NCBI GenBank assembly: GCA_025057155.1
Contig: JANWYD010000016.1
Location: forward strand, 54,056-118,055
Direction of reading: 5' to 3'
Length of the DNA: 64,000 bases
Origin: Chloroflexaceae bacterium
Lineage (GTDB): Bacteria > Chloroflexota > Chloroflexia > Chloroflexales > Chloroflexaceae
A program made the position numbers and the translations under genes. Below, one piece after another: positions 9,649 to 19,611 of the stretch (positions are counted from its first letter, which is position 1; every line of letters begins with the position of its first letter). Under the pieces are notes generated by a model. That model was not told the DNA's origin and searched no databases. It saw only the letters and a program-made list of their open reading frames with translations.

Positions 9649-11172
9649 ATGCAAATCGAGTTTGTGATGCTGATCGCGGCGGGACTGGTGTTGCTCAGTG
9701 TCGTGGCCACCCGCACCTCGAACCGCCTGGGCGTGCCAGCCCTGCTGCTGTTTCTGGGCATCGGGATGCTTGCCGGCATTGACGGCCCGGGGCGCATTGA
9801 CTTTAACGATTTTGGACTGGCGCAGACCATCGGCGTGATCGCGCTGGCGTACATTTTGTTCTCTGGCGGTCTGGATACTGACTGGACAGCCATTCGTCCG
9901 GTGCTGGCGCAGGGGGTGGCGCTGGCCAATGTCGGCGTAGTGCTCAGCGCTGTTCTCCTGTGCGGCTTCGCCGTGCTGGCGCTCAACCTCGACTGGCGCA
10001 CCGGCTTGCTGCTGGGAGCCATCGTCTCGTCTACCGACGCGGCGGCGGTCTTCTCGGTGCTGCGCGAGCGGGGCGTCAACCTAAAGCACAACCTCGAACC
10101 GCTCATAGAGCTGGAGTCAGGCTCAAACGACCCGATTGCGGTCTTTCTGACGATCGGACTGGTGGATCTCATCACCACCCCGGGCGCCACGCTGCTGAAC
10201 CTGGTCCCCAGTTTCATCCTCCAGATGGCCCTTGGCGCGGCGGGGGGCGCTCTGTTTGGCTGGTTGATCGTGTTTACGGTCAATCGCATTCGCCTGCAAC
10301 AGGAGGGCTTGTACGTGGTCTTTACCCTCGCCGCGACGATGCTGACCTACGCGGCCACCGCTCTGGTTGGGGGCAATGGCTTCCTGGCCGTGTATCTGGC
10401 GGGGATCGTGGTGGGGAACCGCAACATTGTGCACAAGCGCAGTATTCTGCGCTTTCACGACGGGATCGCCTGGCTGATGCAGATTACCATGTTTCTGACA
10501 CTGGGCCTGCTGGTCACGCCCTCGCAACTGCTGCCGGTCGCGCCAGTGGGGCTGCTAGTGGCCCTGTTCCTCGTCTTCGTCGCCCGGCCGCTGAGCGTCA
10601 TCGGGTCGCTGATCTGGTTTCGGCGCTCGTTGCGTGAGCTGGGGATGGTATCCTGGGCGGGATTGCGCGGGGCGGTACCCATTATTCTGGCGACGTTTCC
10701 CCTGACCAGCGGGATACCGGGAGCAACAACCATCTTTAACGTCATCTTCTTCGTGGTGCTGGTATCGGTATTGCTGCAAGGGATGACGATTAACCGGGTC
10801 GCGCGCTGGCTGGGGCTGAACGCCGACAAGCCGCGGGGCGCCGACCGCCACACCTTCGTGCCGGATGTGCGTCTTAACAGCCGGCTGTTCGAGGTCATCG
10901 TCCCCGAAGGCTCCTCACTGGTAGGCAGCAGCCTGCTGGAACTGGGTCTGCCGCGGGGGGTGCTGGTGGTGCAGATCCACCGTGACGGCGACGCGCTTAT
11001 TCCTAACGGGAGCACCGTGCTCCACGCGGGCGACCATCTGCTGGTGCTGGCCACGCCCGAAACCCGATCGACCCTTGAACAGTTGTGCGACGAGTGCAGC
11101 GTGCAGTTGCTTAGCCCGGTGACCCTGGTGCGTCCGGTTGAGTTGCTTTCCAGCGAGATACGCCGAGGGTGA
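9649..11172 (+). CDS. K+/H+ (cation:proton) antiporter, NhaP2/CvrA type, with a C-terminal TrkA-C domain
   Basis: Multi-TM CPA1-like sequence with RLGVPALLLFLGIGMLAG and ELESGSNDPIAVFLT, and a soluble C-terminal domain. I prefer the ATG at 9649. The track ORF starts at 9583. Confidence 0.85.
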   Translation: MQIEFVMLIAAGLVLLSVVATRTSNRLGVPALLLFLGIGMLAGIDGPGRIDFNDFGLAQTIGVIALAYILFSGGLDTDWTAIRPVLAQGVALANVGVVLSAVLLCGFAVLALNLDWRTGLLLGAIVSSTDAAAVFSVLRERGVNLKHNLEPLIELESGSNDPIAVFLTIGLVDLITTPGATLLNLVPSFILQMALGAAGGALFGWLIVFTVNRIRLQQEGLYVVFTLAATMLTYAATALVGGNGFLAVYLAGIVVGNRNIVHKRSILRFHDGIAWLMQITMFLTLGLLVTPSQLLPVAPVGLLVALFLVFVARPLSVIGSLIWFRRSLRELGMVSWAGLRGAVPIILATFPLTSGIPGATTIFNVIFFVVLVSVLLQGMTINRVARWLGLNADKPRGADRHTFVPDVRLNSRLFEVIVPEGSSLVGSSLLELGLPRGVLVVQIHRDGDALIPNGSTVLHAGDHLLVLATPETRSTLEQLCDECSVQLLSPVTLVRPVELLSSEIRRG

Positions 11173-11173
11173 T

Positions 11174-11207
11174 GCGATTTTGGATTGCGGATTTTGGATT
11201 TCTGATT
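11174..11207 (+). repeat. GATTTTGG-type octamer repeat starting 2 nt after the antiporter stop codon
   Basis: The sequence is gcgattttggattgcggattttggatttctgatt. Confidence 0.8.
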
Positions 11208-11236
11208 GACGAAGTTTCAATAGCACAGACTCCGTT

Positions 11237-12127
11237 ATGTTGTCCGAGCGACCACGTGGCCCTGGCTTCAGCATTGCCGCTTACGACCGGGATCTGGTTG
11301 AGACGATCATCCGCGACTGGAGCGCCCAGCAACTTGCCCAGGAGCTGCGCGCCGGCAGGTTTGGAAAACGCCTCAACCCGCGCCAGACCGCCGAGCTTGA
11401 GGAGTTGCTGACGGCCTGGAAGCAGCGGGCGCTCGGTCCGATGCCGCTTCGTGACGCGTTGCTGGTTGACGAGGCGCGGGGGCGGCGCGTCTTTGCGCTG
11501 ATCTGCGCTGCACTGACGGTTCAGCGCGCGGGCGTGCCGCCCGAGTTGCACGCTGCGCTTCCAGCAGGCTCGGTTGACCTGGAGGGGTTGCCCGAACCGC
11601 TCGCCGAGGACCCGGCCCTGAGCGCCCTGGCCGAGGCTGCGGCGCGCAGTGGCCTGCGGCTGGCGGTGCAACAGGCGCCCGATGAGTTTCCCTACCCCGA
11701 CAATCTGGAGGCGCTGACGCCCCCGCCACCCCGTCCGGCGCGCGCGATGGACGAATTCGAGCAGCCCACGGGCTGGCGGCGGAATGTGGCCATTCTGCTG
11801 GCGGCCAGCGGAGTGGCGCTTCTCCTGCTGCCATTGCTCGGCGGGCAGATTCCCGAACGTCCCGCCGGCCTGCCGCTGGCCCTGATTACCCTGGCCCTCC
11901 TGGTGGGCATTCGCGCTGGCTGGGCTGGCTACGCCGGCTCACTCTGCATCTGGCTGGTGGCCAACCTGCCCGGCTTCCACCACGGTACGGCCCTGCACGC
12001 TCTCTGGCCCGCGCTCCCGCTGCTCGCCGCCGGGCTGGTCCTGCTGAGCGCCGACCGGCGTGTGCGGGCCATGTGGCGCTGGATCAGGCGCCGCCTGCCC
12101 TGGCAGCGTCCAGATGCGGGGCGATAG
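11237..12127 (+). CDS. hypothetical membrane protein (soluble N-terminal half, 3-4 TM C-terminal half)
   Basis: High GC3 and coherent codon usage, with hydrophobic segments in the last ~120 aa. I recognise no family. Confidence 0.55.
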   Translation: MLSERPRGPGFSIAAYDRDLVETIIRDWSAQQLAQELRAGRFGKRLNPRQTAELEELLTAWKQRALGPMPLRDALLVDEARGRRVFALICAALTVQRAGVPPELHAALPAGSVDLEGLPEPLAEDPALSALAEAAARSGLRLAVQQAPDEFPYPDNLEALTPPPPRPARAMDEFEQPTGWRRNVAILLAASGVALLLLPLLGGQIPERPAGLPLALITLALLVGIRAGWAGYAGSLCIWLVANLPGFHHGTALHALWPALPLLAAGLVLLSADRRVRAMWRWIRRRLPWQRPDAGR

Positions 12128-12326
12128 GCTGCTCGCCGGCGTGGGAGATTAAGCCAGCAGAGCGTTTTCCCCATCCCAACGCGCTGACCGCTTCGCCCCT
12201 GCACGTCCGTGTGACGCCTGCGGGGCGTCGGGCGTCGCGGAGCGAACCGGCAGGGGCGACCGGCCGGTCGCCCCTGCCGAAGGCCCAGCTCGCGCGTCAT
12301 GCATAGGTCCCGAAGGGGGGACTCTT

Positions 12327-12497
12327 CTCAGGTGTAGGATTTTCCGGCGCATCCTCGCGCCGCATGCGCCATCCGGGGCATTGGGACGCCCAACTTCCCC
12401 CTCTCCCGCGCGCGAGAGAGTGGAGGGGGGATGAGGACCGTAAGCGCAGTGGAATGCCGAAAACCCCTGCTCGCCCAAAAAATCCTACGCCTGAGAG
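12327..12497 (+). repeat. Family-1 element, copy B
   Basis: It has the same termini (ctcaggtgtaggattttccgg ... aaaaaatcctacgcctgagag) and the internal blocks catccggggcattgg and gtggaatgccgaaaacccc. Confidence 0.85.
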
Positions 12498-12843
12498 GGG
12501 GGGACCTGCGACCTCCACGCCCCTCGCCGAGACGATGTAGTGTTGTGGAACTGGCAACCCGCTTCTCCAACCCAACGCGCAGGCGAAGTTGCCCGACCCA
12601 TTGCCAACCATAGAAGCGCAGCAGATCCGGGCATCGTTGCAGGTATACCTCGCGCATCACGGAGAGACGGTTCCGACACCCTCCATGCGTGAAGAGACCT
12701 TTCCGCACGGTGAGCATGCCATTTCGCGCAAGGCCGCGGTTTGAGGCTATACTGATCTGAACATGGGGGAGTCTGATCGCTGGCGTCTCTCCGCGCCATG
12801 GCGTGCGGGGGCGGGCGCACGGCAGGCTTCCCTGCACTTCCTA

Positions 12844-12955
12844 TTAGTCTGTGAACAAAGTTTTTCGCCAAACCCCTGCTCCCTCCCTAACCCTCCTCCA
12901 CGGGTAGAAGGAGTCCGGCTCCTGCCCCAACGGGAGGAGGCTGGGAGGGTGGCAG
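12844..12955 (+). repeat. Family-2 element (ttagtctgt.aacaa.gt.tttcgc head followed by CCCTCC/GGGAGG hairpins)
   Basis: It matches 54127-54222 in the same orientation and 45228-45341 in reverse. Confidence 0.7.
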
Positions 12956-13095
12956 AAATGCCGGGAAACTTACGTTGCAGACTAGAGGTATGTATCGCTC
13001 AAAGGTGGTGGCGGGCGCACAACGTGTGAACTGCCGACGCCCGTCATGCTTCGTCCGTTCGAGGAATCCTCGCAGCGCGGAGGGAGGGTAGCACA

Positions 13096-13614
13096 ATGAC
13101 GTGCCGAGAACGACTGGAAGCCTACTTGCAGGCCCAGGGAGTGCAGTACCGGGTCTATGAGCACCCGGCTGCCTATACGGCCCAGGCGGTGGCGGAGCGG
13201 GAGCACATTCCCAACAGGCTTATGGCCAAGGTGGTGATCGTGGTCGCCGATGGCGAGCTGGTCATGCTGGCGCTGCCCACGTCGCGTCGGGTTGACCTGG
13301 CCAGGGTCAGGGATGCGCTCGATGCGCGCGAAGTGCGCCTGGCGACCGAGACGGAGATGGCCACGGCGTTTCCCGACTGTGAAGTTGGCGCCACTCCGCC
13401 GTTTAACGCCGGGTACAATATGCCGCTCCTGGTTGACCGCGGGCTGGCCGAAGAACCGGTGATCTTCTTCCAGGCCGGCAGTCACAGCGTGGCCATGAGT
13501 ATGGCATTCGCCGACTATGCGCGGCTGGCGCGGCCACGCCTGGCAGATTTCGCCGCCGAGCCGCGACGCCTGACGACAATCCGCGAAGATGTACGCGAAC
13601 CAGGTGGCTGGTGA
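13096..13614 (+). CDS. YbaK/ProX-type aminoacyl-tRNA deacylase domain protein
   Basis: A 172-aa protein with the YbaK-fold pattern (KVVIVVADGELVMLALP, VGATPPF). Confidence 0.7.
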   Translation: MTCRERLEAYLQAQGVQYRVYEHPAAYTAQAVAEREHIPNRLMAKVVIVVADGELVMLALPTSRRVDLARVRDALDAREVRLATETEMATAFPDCEVGATPPFNAGYNMPLLVDRGLAEEPVIFFQAGSHSVAMSMAFADYARLARPRLADFAAEPRRLTTIREDVREPGGW

Positions 13615-13649
13615 GCGCCTGCTGGCAACCGCAGTCTCCAGATGTCGGT

Positions 13650-13670
13650 CTGGGAGGGCCGTGCCCTCCC
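13650..13670 (+). terminator. GGGAGGGC-N4-GCCCTCCC hairpin (family-6) downstream of the deacylase gene
   Basis: The sequence tgggagggccgtgccctccca lies 36 nt after the stop. There is no U-tract. Confidence 0.35.
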
Positions 13671-13692
13671 AGAGCCTCATGAGGAGGGTGCC

Positions 13693-14178
13693 ATGGAACT
13701 GCACGTTGTGCCCATACGCAAGCCCGACGACTTGAACATCATCCTTGGCCAGACGCACTTCATCAAATCGGTCGAGGATCTCCACGAGGCGCTGGTCAAT
13801 GCCGTGCCCGGAATCCGCTTCGGCCTGGCCTTTTGCGAGGCCTCGGGGGCGCGGCTGGTGCGCTGGAGCGGCACCGATGAGGCCCTGATAGACCTGGCCC
13901 GCACCAACGCCCTGGCACTGGGGGCCGGTCATAGTTTTATCATCGTCCTCGGCGCAGGGTACTACCCGGTGAACGTGTTGAACGCGATCAAACTGGCGCC
14001 GGAGGTGTGCCGGATCTTCTGCGCCACAGCCAATCCGGTTGAGGTAGTGATTGCCGAGACGGCAGCAGGCCGGGGCATTCTGGGGGTGATTGACGGCGCC
14101 TCGCCGCTGGGAGTTGAAGACGAGGCGGGGATCGCCTGGCGCAAGGGCCTGCTGCGGACGCTTGGCTACAAACTGTAG
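13693..14178 (+). CDS. adenosine-specific kinase family protein (former DUF355)
   Basis: MELHVVPIRKPDDLNIILGQTHFIKSVEDLHEALV...FGLAFCEASG...CRIFCATANPVEVV matches my memory of that family. GAGGAGGG precedes the ATG at 13693. Confidence 0.7.
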   Translation: MELHVVPIRKPDDLNIILGQTHFIKSVEDLHEALVNAVPGIRFGLAFCEASGARLVRWSGTDEALIDLARTNALALGAGHSFIIVLGAGYYPVNVLNAIKLAPEVCRIFCATANPVEVVIAETAAGRGILGVIDGASPLGVEDEAGIAWRKGLLRTLGYKL

Positions 14179-14232
14179 GGGTAGAATCAACGAGGCCGAG
14201 CAATCTTGCGATTTACTCGGCCCCGGTATTGA

Positions 14233-14260
14233 ACGGGAAACGTTCCGTTTTCCTCTTTGC
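14233..14260 (+). terminator. small hairpin followed by a T-rich tail
   Basis: acgggaaacgttccgttttcctctttg forms a 7-bp stem with one bulge, followed by tcctctttg. Confidence 0.4.
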
Positions 14261-14457
14261 AGAGGCCTCGTACTTGTTTACCCGTCCAATCCAACGCTTA
14301 GTGTCTTAATAATATCACACTGCCGGCTGGCTGCAACAAGCGTTATCGCAACCCTGAATAGCGATTCGTTAACCATCGCTTCATCATTCCTTAAACAGAG
14401 GATTGCGCTTCCACCTCACAGGCAGAGGAAACCTGACGGTAGCCGCCTGCGCAGTTC

Positions 14458-14796
14458 CTACTTGCCGGCACAGCCCGTCAGCGCCTTTTGCTCGGCGGCA
14501 TTGGTCGCGCCGGTCTGCCGCTCGGCGGCCAGTTTCACCGCGGTGGCCTCAGCGCTGTCACGGGCCTTCTCCACCAGGCTCACCAGGCTGCCCTCGGAGA
14601 CCAGGAGGGGAGCCGAGGCCGGCTGAGCTGGCTGCAACTGCGGAGCCGCAACGCCATTCGGCAGCACCACAACATTGCCCGTCGCGGGCTGCGCCAGTGT
14701 GCCGCCCTTCGGGGCCGTGCCGAACGCCAGCGCGGCGACAATTGCGAACGCCGCGACGGCGACCGCGCCACTCACTGCCAGACCCTTCCAGAGCAT
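14458..14796 (-). CDS. hypothetical small secreted or membrane-anchored protein
   Basis: Strong SD (AAAGGAGGAATCGT ATG), an N-terminal TM or signal segment GLAVSGAVAVAAFAIVAALAF, and high GC3. Confidence 0.6.
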   Translation of the reverse strand: MLWKGLAVSGAVAVAAFAIVAALAFGTAPKGGTLAQPATGNVVVLPNGVAAPQLQPAQPASAPLLVSEGSLVSLVEKARDSAEATAVKLAAERQTGATNAAEQKALTGCAGK

Positions 14797-15138
14797 ACGA
14801 TTCCTCCTTTGTACGGAAACTGATAATCAGGCGCCGTATCCGGCGCAGTCGCCAATCGTAGCCAGGGTGTGAACTGCGTTTGCCGATGGGATACACAGCT
14901 ATTGTACTACCTTTGCAAACCTTTAGCAAGGAAAAATATCCCGACTCCAGAGCTTTATCCGCCTCTCGCAGCTGGACGCAGGGCGGCTGCGCCGCTCCGG
15001 GGGTTGCAGTTTCGGCGGTTCCGGGCTTTTCCCATTCGCGCGCGCCCTGTCTCCGCTCCAGAGCTTGAACAACGCTGGTATGATAGGAGCAGGTCTTGAG
15101 TCCAGTTGTGGTTTTGGGCCGTGCCAGGGAGAGTAGCT

Positions 15139-16389
15139 GTGGGATCTCGATTTGCCTCGTGGTCATCGCTGTGGTCGAGCCGTCTGCCAGTACGCCTGCT
15201 GGCGTTGCTGGCGGCGGCCTTGCCGCTTGGCGCCTGCGCCGGCTTGCTGCCCGGCGAGCAGCCCACCCCTGTGGTGGTGATCGTTACCGCTACCCCGCCT
15301 CCCGGTCAGCCAACCCTTCCTGCGCCGCCTCCGACGCTGGTAGCGGCGCCCACTGAAGCGCCGACCTTCACTCCGGCTGTCGCCGGTGATACGACTGCTA
15401 CCCCGGCCTCCGAGGCGCGCTCAGGATTGCTGCAACGGGTGCGCGAGCGCGGACGGCTGATCTGCGGCGCCAATGCCGACCTCCCCGGCTTCGGGTTCTA
15501 TGACCGGGTGCGCGATGAGTGGAGCGGCTTCGATGTGGATTTTTGCCGCGCCATCGCCGCGGCGATCTTCGACGATCCTGCCGCTGTGGAGTTCATCGGT
15601 CTCACCACCTCGGGCCCCAAAGAGCGCTTTGCCGCCGTGCGCAACGGGACGGTGGACGTGCTCATTCGCAATACGACCTGGACCCTCGGCCGCGATATCG
15701 CCGGGCTGGCTTTCGGGCCGACTACCTTTCATGACGGGCAGACCTTTATGGTCCGCGCCAGCGCGCGCATCTCCACCTCGGCTGACCTGGCCGGTAAGCG
15801 CGTCTGCGTGGCGCGAGGCACGACCAGCGAGCAGAATCTGGCCGATGACTTCGCCGCCCGCGGCATCGCCTTCGAGGCCGTGCTCTTCGACGACGAGGGC
15901 CGGCTCTACCCGGCCTATGATCGCGGCGAATGCGACGCGGTGACCAGCGACAGTTCGCAACTCGTCTCTAAGCGCCAGACCCTGAGCGTCCCGGCAGACC
16001 ACGTCATCCTCGGCGAGCGGATCTCGCGGGAGCCGCTGGGACCGGTGTTCATCGAGAACGACGAGCGGTGGCGCGACGTGGTGAGCTGGGTGGTCTTCGC
16101 AACGATCTACGCCGAAGAGTTGCGAGTGACGAAGGAGAATGTCGAACAGCAGCGCGCCCAGAGCGATGATCCGCGGGTCAGGCGTCTGCTCGGGCTCGAG
16201 GGCGAATTTGGCCAGGGCCTGGGCCTGAGTAACGATTTCGCCTACGCTGTTATCCGCCACGTCGGCAACTACGGCGACATCTACGACCGTAACCTGGGGC
16301 CGCGCACGCCCTTCGCCCTCGACCGCGGCCCGAACAAGGTCTGGAACCTGGGCCAGGGCGGCGTGCTGGCCTCGCCGCCTTTTCGTTAA
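15139..16389 (+). CDS. amino-acid ABC transporter substrate-binding lipoprotein (AapJ-like)
   Basis: A lipobox (LPLGAC), a Pro/Thr linker, then an SBP type-3 fold (GRLICGANADLPGFGF...FDVDFCRAIAAAIF). The GTG at 15139 has GGGAGAG upstream. No permease or ATPase gene is nearby. Confidence 0.8.
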   Translation: MGSRFASWSSLWSSRLPVRLLALLAAALPLGACAGLLPGEQPTPVVVIVTATPPPGQPTLPAPPPTLVAAPTEAPTFTPAVAGDTTATPASEARSGLLQRVRERGRLICGANADLPGFGFYDRVRDEWSGFDVDFCRAIAAAIFDDPAAVEFIGLTTSGPKERFAAVRNGTVDVLIRNTTWTLGRDIAGLAFGPTTFHDGQTFMVRASARISTSADLAGKRVCVARGTTSEQNLADDFAARGIAFEAVLFDDEGRLYPAYDRGECDAVTSDSSQLVSKRQTLSVPADHVILGERISREPLGPVFIENDERWRDVVSWVVFATIYAEELRVTKENVEQQRAQSDDPRVRRLLGLEGEFGQGLGLSNDFAYAVIRHVGNYGDIYDRNLGPRTPFALDRGPNKVWNLGQGGVLASPPFR

Positions 16390-16475
16390 GAGCCGCTGCG
16401 GAAGCCTCCTGCGGGAGGGGCCCGGAGGGCCAGAATCTCCCGCGAACTCTTTTGTACTGCCGGAGGAGAAGGTCT

Positions 16476-16494
16476 GGGAGGGCGCAACCCTCCC
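16476..16494 (+). terminator. family-6 hairpin gggagggcgcaaccctccc
   Basis: It lies 87 nt after the SBP stop and has the same 19-mer design as 13651, 20011 and 59810. Confidence 0.3.
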
Positions 16495-16596
16495 GCGAGA
16501 ACATCCCTTTATGCCTGTCCTTCAAGGAGCGTGGGGAAACCCCGTTTTCCCATACCCCTGCCAGAGGGATGGGTCCGGGAGAGCGTCATCCCAGCC

Positions 16597-18018
16597 ATGG
16601 AGCAACCACTGATCTGCCCCGCCTGTCACGCCGACAATCAGCCGCGGGCGCGCTTTTGCAAGCAGTGCGGCTACGATCTGATTCTGAACAACGATGGGCC
16701 GCGGTTCTTCCTGACCAGAACGATTAAAGAAGGCGGGCAGGGCGCGGTGTTTGAGGGGCGCGATGAGACCGGCCGGGTGGTCGCGGTGAAAGAGATGCTC
16801 GACCGCTTTACCGACCCGCAGGAGCGCGCCGAGGCGGTGCAGCGCTTTGAAGCCGAGGCGGAGATGCTCAGCCGCCTCAGCCATCCGCGCATTCCACGGA
16901 TCTTCGCCTCATTCAACGACGGCGGGCGGCACTACCTGGTGATGGAGTTCATCCGCGGCCAGGATCTGGAGGACCTGGTCGCCCGCGAGGGCCCGCAACC
17001 CGAGGCGCGGGTGCTCGAATGGGCCGATCAGCTCTGCGACGTGCTGGAGTATCTGCACGGCAGGGGCCTGGTCTACCGTGACATGAAGCCCTCGAATGTG
17101 ATGCTCGAGCAGCCCGCCGGGACGCTGAAGGTGATTGACTTCGGCATCGCCCGTGTCTTTCAGCCCCAGCAACGGGTGACGCAGATCGGCACGCCGGGCT
17201 ACGCTCCTCCCGAACAGTATCAGGGCCTGGCCACGCCGCGTTCAGACATCTACGCTCTGGGAGCGACCCTGCACCACCTGCTGAGCGGGCGCGACCCGCG
17301 CGACCATCCGCCCTTCACCTTCCCGCGACTGACCGGCGTCTCGTCACGCACCGCCGACGCGATCGAGCGGGCGTTGCAGATGCGCCCGGAGGATCGCTTT
17401 CAGAGCATCGCCGAGTTTCGCGCGGCGTTGCTACCGGCCACGTCGCCGGTGGTTGCAGTAGCCCCCACGGCGGCCACGCTACCGGCGACCCGCCCGGCTC
17501 CAGCCGCGCCTGCTCCGGCCCCCGCCGCGCCGCGCGCGCCCGCCGCACCCGCCCCGGCAGCGCCCGCGCCCGCCGCGCCACCGCCGTCCGCTCCGGCCCC
17601 CGCCGCGTCACCCGCGCCCGCGGCGGCAACCAGGCGACGCTCGGGGTTCCTCTGGGTGCTGGGGTTGCTGGCGCTGTTGGTAGCCGGTGGCGTTGGGGCC
17701 TTCCTGCTGATCCGCCCATCCTGGTCGGCCCCCGTGCCGCGTCCGACAGCAACCCCGGAGGTGCTGGTGGCGCAGCCCTTCAGTGTGCGCGATCTGGAGA
17801 TTGATGTGCCGTATGGCGCCAGTCGCGAAGCAGTGGATCAGGCCTTCGAGGCCGCCTTCCTGGCGCTGGCGCGGCAGGACTGCCAGTGCGATGCGCGGAT
17901 TGCGCCCGGCAGCCTGGTGTACCTCTACGGCGGCGAGCCGCGACAGGTGGGGATCGTGGGCAACCGCGAACGCTACCGGGCCTCGCTGGAAGCAATGCTG
18001 CTGGTGCCGCAGCGCTGA
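16597..18018 (+). CDS. Ser/Thr protein kinase with an N-terminal zinc ribbon, a Pro/Ala linker, one TM and an extracytoplasmic C-terminal domain
   Basis: CPACH...CKQCG ribbon and Hanks motifs (VAVKEM, YRDMKPSNV, DFGIAR, GTPGYAPPE). The start is uncertain; the track uses the GTG at 16531. Confidence 0.85.
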   Translation: MEQPLICPACHADNQPRARFCKQCGYDLILNNDGPRFFLTRTIKEGGQGAVFEGRDETGRVVAVKEMLDRFTDPQERAEAVQRFEAEAEMLSRLSHPRIPRIFASFNDGGRHYLVMEFIRGQDLEDLVAREGPQPEARVLEWADQLCDVLEYLHGRGLVYRDMKPSNVMLEQPAGTLKVIDFGIARVFQPQQRVTQIGTPGYAPPEQYQGLATPRSDIYALGATLHHLLSGRDPRDHPPFTFPRLTGVSSRTADAIERALQMRPEDRFQSIAEFRAALLPATSPVVAVAPTAATLPATRPAPAAPAPAPAAPRAPAAPAPAAPAPAAPPPSAPAPAASPAPAAATRRRSGFLWVLGLLALLVAGGVGAFLLIRPSWSAPVPRPTATPEVLVAQPFSVRDLEIDVPYGASREAVDQAFEAAFLALARQDCQCDARIAPGSLVYLYGGEPRQVGIVGNRERYRASLEAMLLVPQR

Positions 18019-18035
18019 TCTCTGTTGTGCAGCTC

Positions 18036-18098
18036 GCATGTCCATCATTCCCAGGTCGCGCCGGGATGCCGTAGACATCAATCCAAAATCCGAAATAA
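18036..18098 (-). repeat. Family-5 element copy just upstream of the HAD gene
   Basis: The sequence is gcatgtccatcattcccaggtcgcgccgggatgccgtagacatcaatccaaaatccgaaat. Confidence 0.6.
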
Positions 18099-18103
18099 TA
18101 CAT

Positions 18104-18907
18104 ATGTCGTACCGGCTGATCGCCATTGACCTCGATGGAACCCTGATTGACGCCGCGCACCAGCCGGGGCCGGGCAGCGCGGCGGCTATCGCTGCCTGCG
18201 AGGCCCGCGGCGTGCGCGTGGTGCTTGCCACCGGGCGCAGCTTCGCCTCCGCCGCGCCCTACGTCCGCGCTCTGGGACTGCGACCGCCGCACATCACCCT
18301 CAACGGCGCGATCATGGTTGAACCGAACACCGGGCGCCCTAGCGTGCGCGCAACCCTTACCAGGGAACAACTCTCGCTGGCGCTCGACCTGCTCAACGAG
18401 CGCGGTATTGCCCACATCGTCTACGGGGCCGCCGGGATCTACGCTGTGCCCGGCACGGCGCGGCTGGACATGCTGGCGCCCTACGGCGAGACGCCCGCGG
18501 TCTTCTGCGCGCCGGCGGAACTATACGACGTGCCGGCGCCGCTCAAAGTGCTGGCTTTTCTCCACCCCGGCTCGCTTGACCAGGAACTGGCCGCGGCGGC
18601 CAGTGAGCGCGTGGCGACGATCCGCAGCGGCGCGGGTTTCTTTGAGTTCGTGCCGCCGGGAGTCAGCAAGGGCGAAGCGTTGAGCGAACTGATGGCGTGC
18701 TATGGTGTGACCCGCGACGAGGTGCTGGCGATCGGCGATGGCGAGAATGACCTGAGCATGTTCGCCGTGGCCGGCATGAGCGTGGCCATGGCTGACGCCC
18801 CCGCGGCCGTGCGCGCTCAGGCGCGCGCCCTTACCGGCACGTGCGTTGAGGGCGGCGTAGCGCAGGCGCTGCGGAGATTCGTACTGTGCCAGGGCGTCGC
18901 ATGTTGA
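18104..18907 (+). CDS. Cof-type HAD-IIB family hydrolase
   Basis: MSYRLIAIDLDGTL (DxDGT), ATGRS, and GDGENDLSMF near the C-terminus. Confidence 0.85.
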   Translation: MSYRLIAIDLDGTLIDAAHQPGPGSAAAIAACEARGVRVVLATGRSFASAAPYVRALGLRPPHITLNGAIMVEPNTGRPSVRATLTREQLSLALDLLNERGIAHIVYGAAGIYAVPGTARLDMLAPYGETPAVFCAPAELYDVPAPLKVLAFLHPGSLDQELAAAASERVATIRSGAGFFEFVPPGVSKGEALSELMACYGVTRDEVLAIGDGENDLSMFAVAGMSVAMADAPAAVRAQARALTGTCVEGGVAQALRRFVLCQGVAC

Positions 18908-18988
18908 AGCCAGCGGGTGCGCGGGGAAATCTGGTCTCCCCGCGCACCCTGCCCGCCGGGGGACATTTCCCGGCGCGTATCAAAGACT

Positions 18989-19468
18989 ATGAGCAAACTC
19001 AACTCCCAACGCCTGCTGGAGCGCCTCCAGGTTGCCTACACCACCCACGCCTACGCCTATGACCCCGACGATCCGCCAGACGCCGTGGAAGTTGCCCGAC
19101 GCACCGGCCTGCCGCCCGGCCAGGTCTTCAAGACCCTGGTGCTTGGCGGGGCCAGCCAGGGGCGGCCCGTGCTGGTCATGCTCCCTGCCGACCGCCAGCT
19201 CGATCTAAAGCGCTGCGCGGCCGCGTTTGGCCAGAAGCGGCTCGAACTGCTGACCCGAGCCGAAACCGAGCGCCTTACCGGGCTAAAAATCGGCGGCATC
19301 GGCGCCCTGGCCCTCACCTCCAAACGCTGGCCCTGCTACCTGGACCGCTCGGCGACGGCCTATGAGCGCATCTACGTCAATCCCGGGCAACGGGGAATCA
19401 TGCTTGGCGTGGCTGTCGCCGATCTGCTGCGGGTGCTTGGCGCCCAACTGGTGGATGTAGCGGCATAG
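18989..19468 (+). CDS. ybaK: Cys-tRNA(Pro)/Cys-tRNA(Cys) deacylase YbaK
   Basis: About 159 aa with the YbaK pattern (VFKTLVL...LPADRQLDLKRCAAAFG...TGLKIGGIGAL). Confidence 0.75.
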   Translation: MSKLNSQRLLERLQVAYTTHAYAYDPDDPPDAVEVARRTGLPPGQVFKTLVLGGASQGRPVLVMLPADRQLDLKRCAAAFGQKRLELLTRAETERLTGLKIGGIGALALTSKRWPCYLDRSATAYERIYVNPGQRGIMLGVAVADLLRVLGAQLVDVAA

Positions 19469-19540
19469 TAACATTGCGGAGCGGGCTGGGAAGGTTCCAC
19501 CCTTCCGGGAAACGTCCGTTTGATATGCGGCGCCACGCGA

Positions 19541-19569
19541 TTGTCGCCCGGCGTGAAGCATGTTAAGAT
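19541..19569 (+). promoter_or_regulatory. candidate extended -10 promoter (TTGTCG, 17 nt, TGtTAAGAT)
   Basis: Positions 19541-19546 and 19561-19569, about 40 nt upstream of the ATG at 19612. Confidence 0.4.
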
Positions 19570-19611
19570 GGGACGGCAAACCGGGCTCGTGAATCAACGA
19601 GGAGGGGCCTG

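Noticed and set aside
12498-12843. A possible gene remnant between repeats: minus-strand ...GMLTVRKGLFTHGGCRNRLSVMREVYLQRCPDLLRFYGW...
   Set aside because: There is no recognisable family, start or SD, and it merges into repeat-derived sequence. It may be a relic but cannot be supported.
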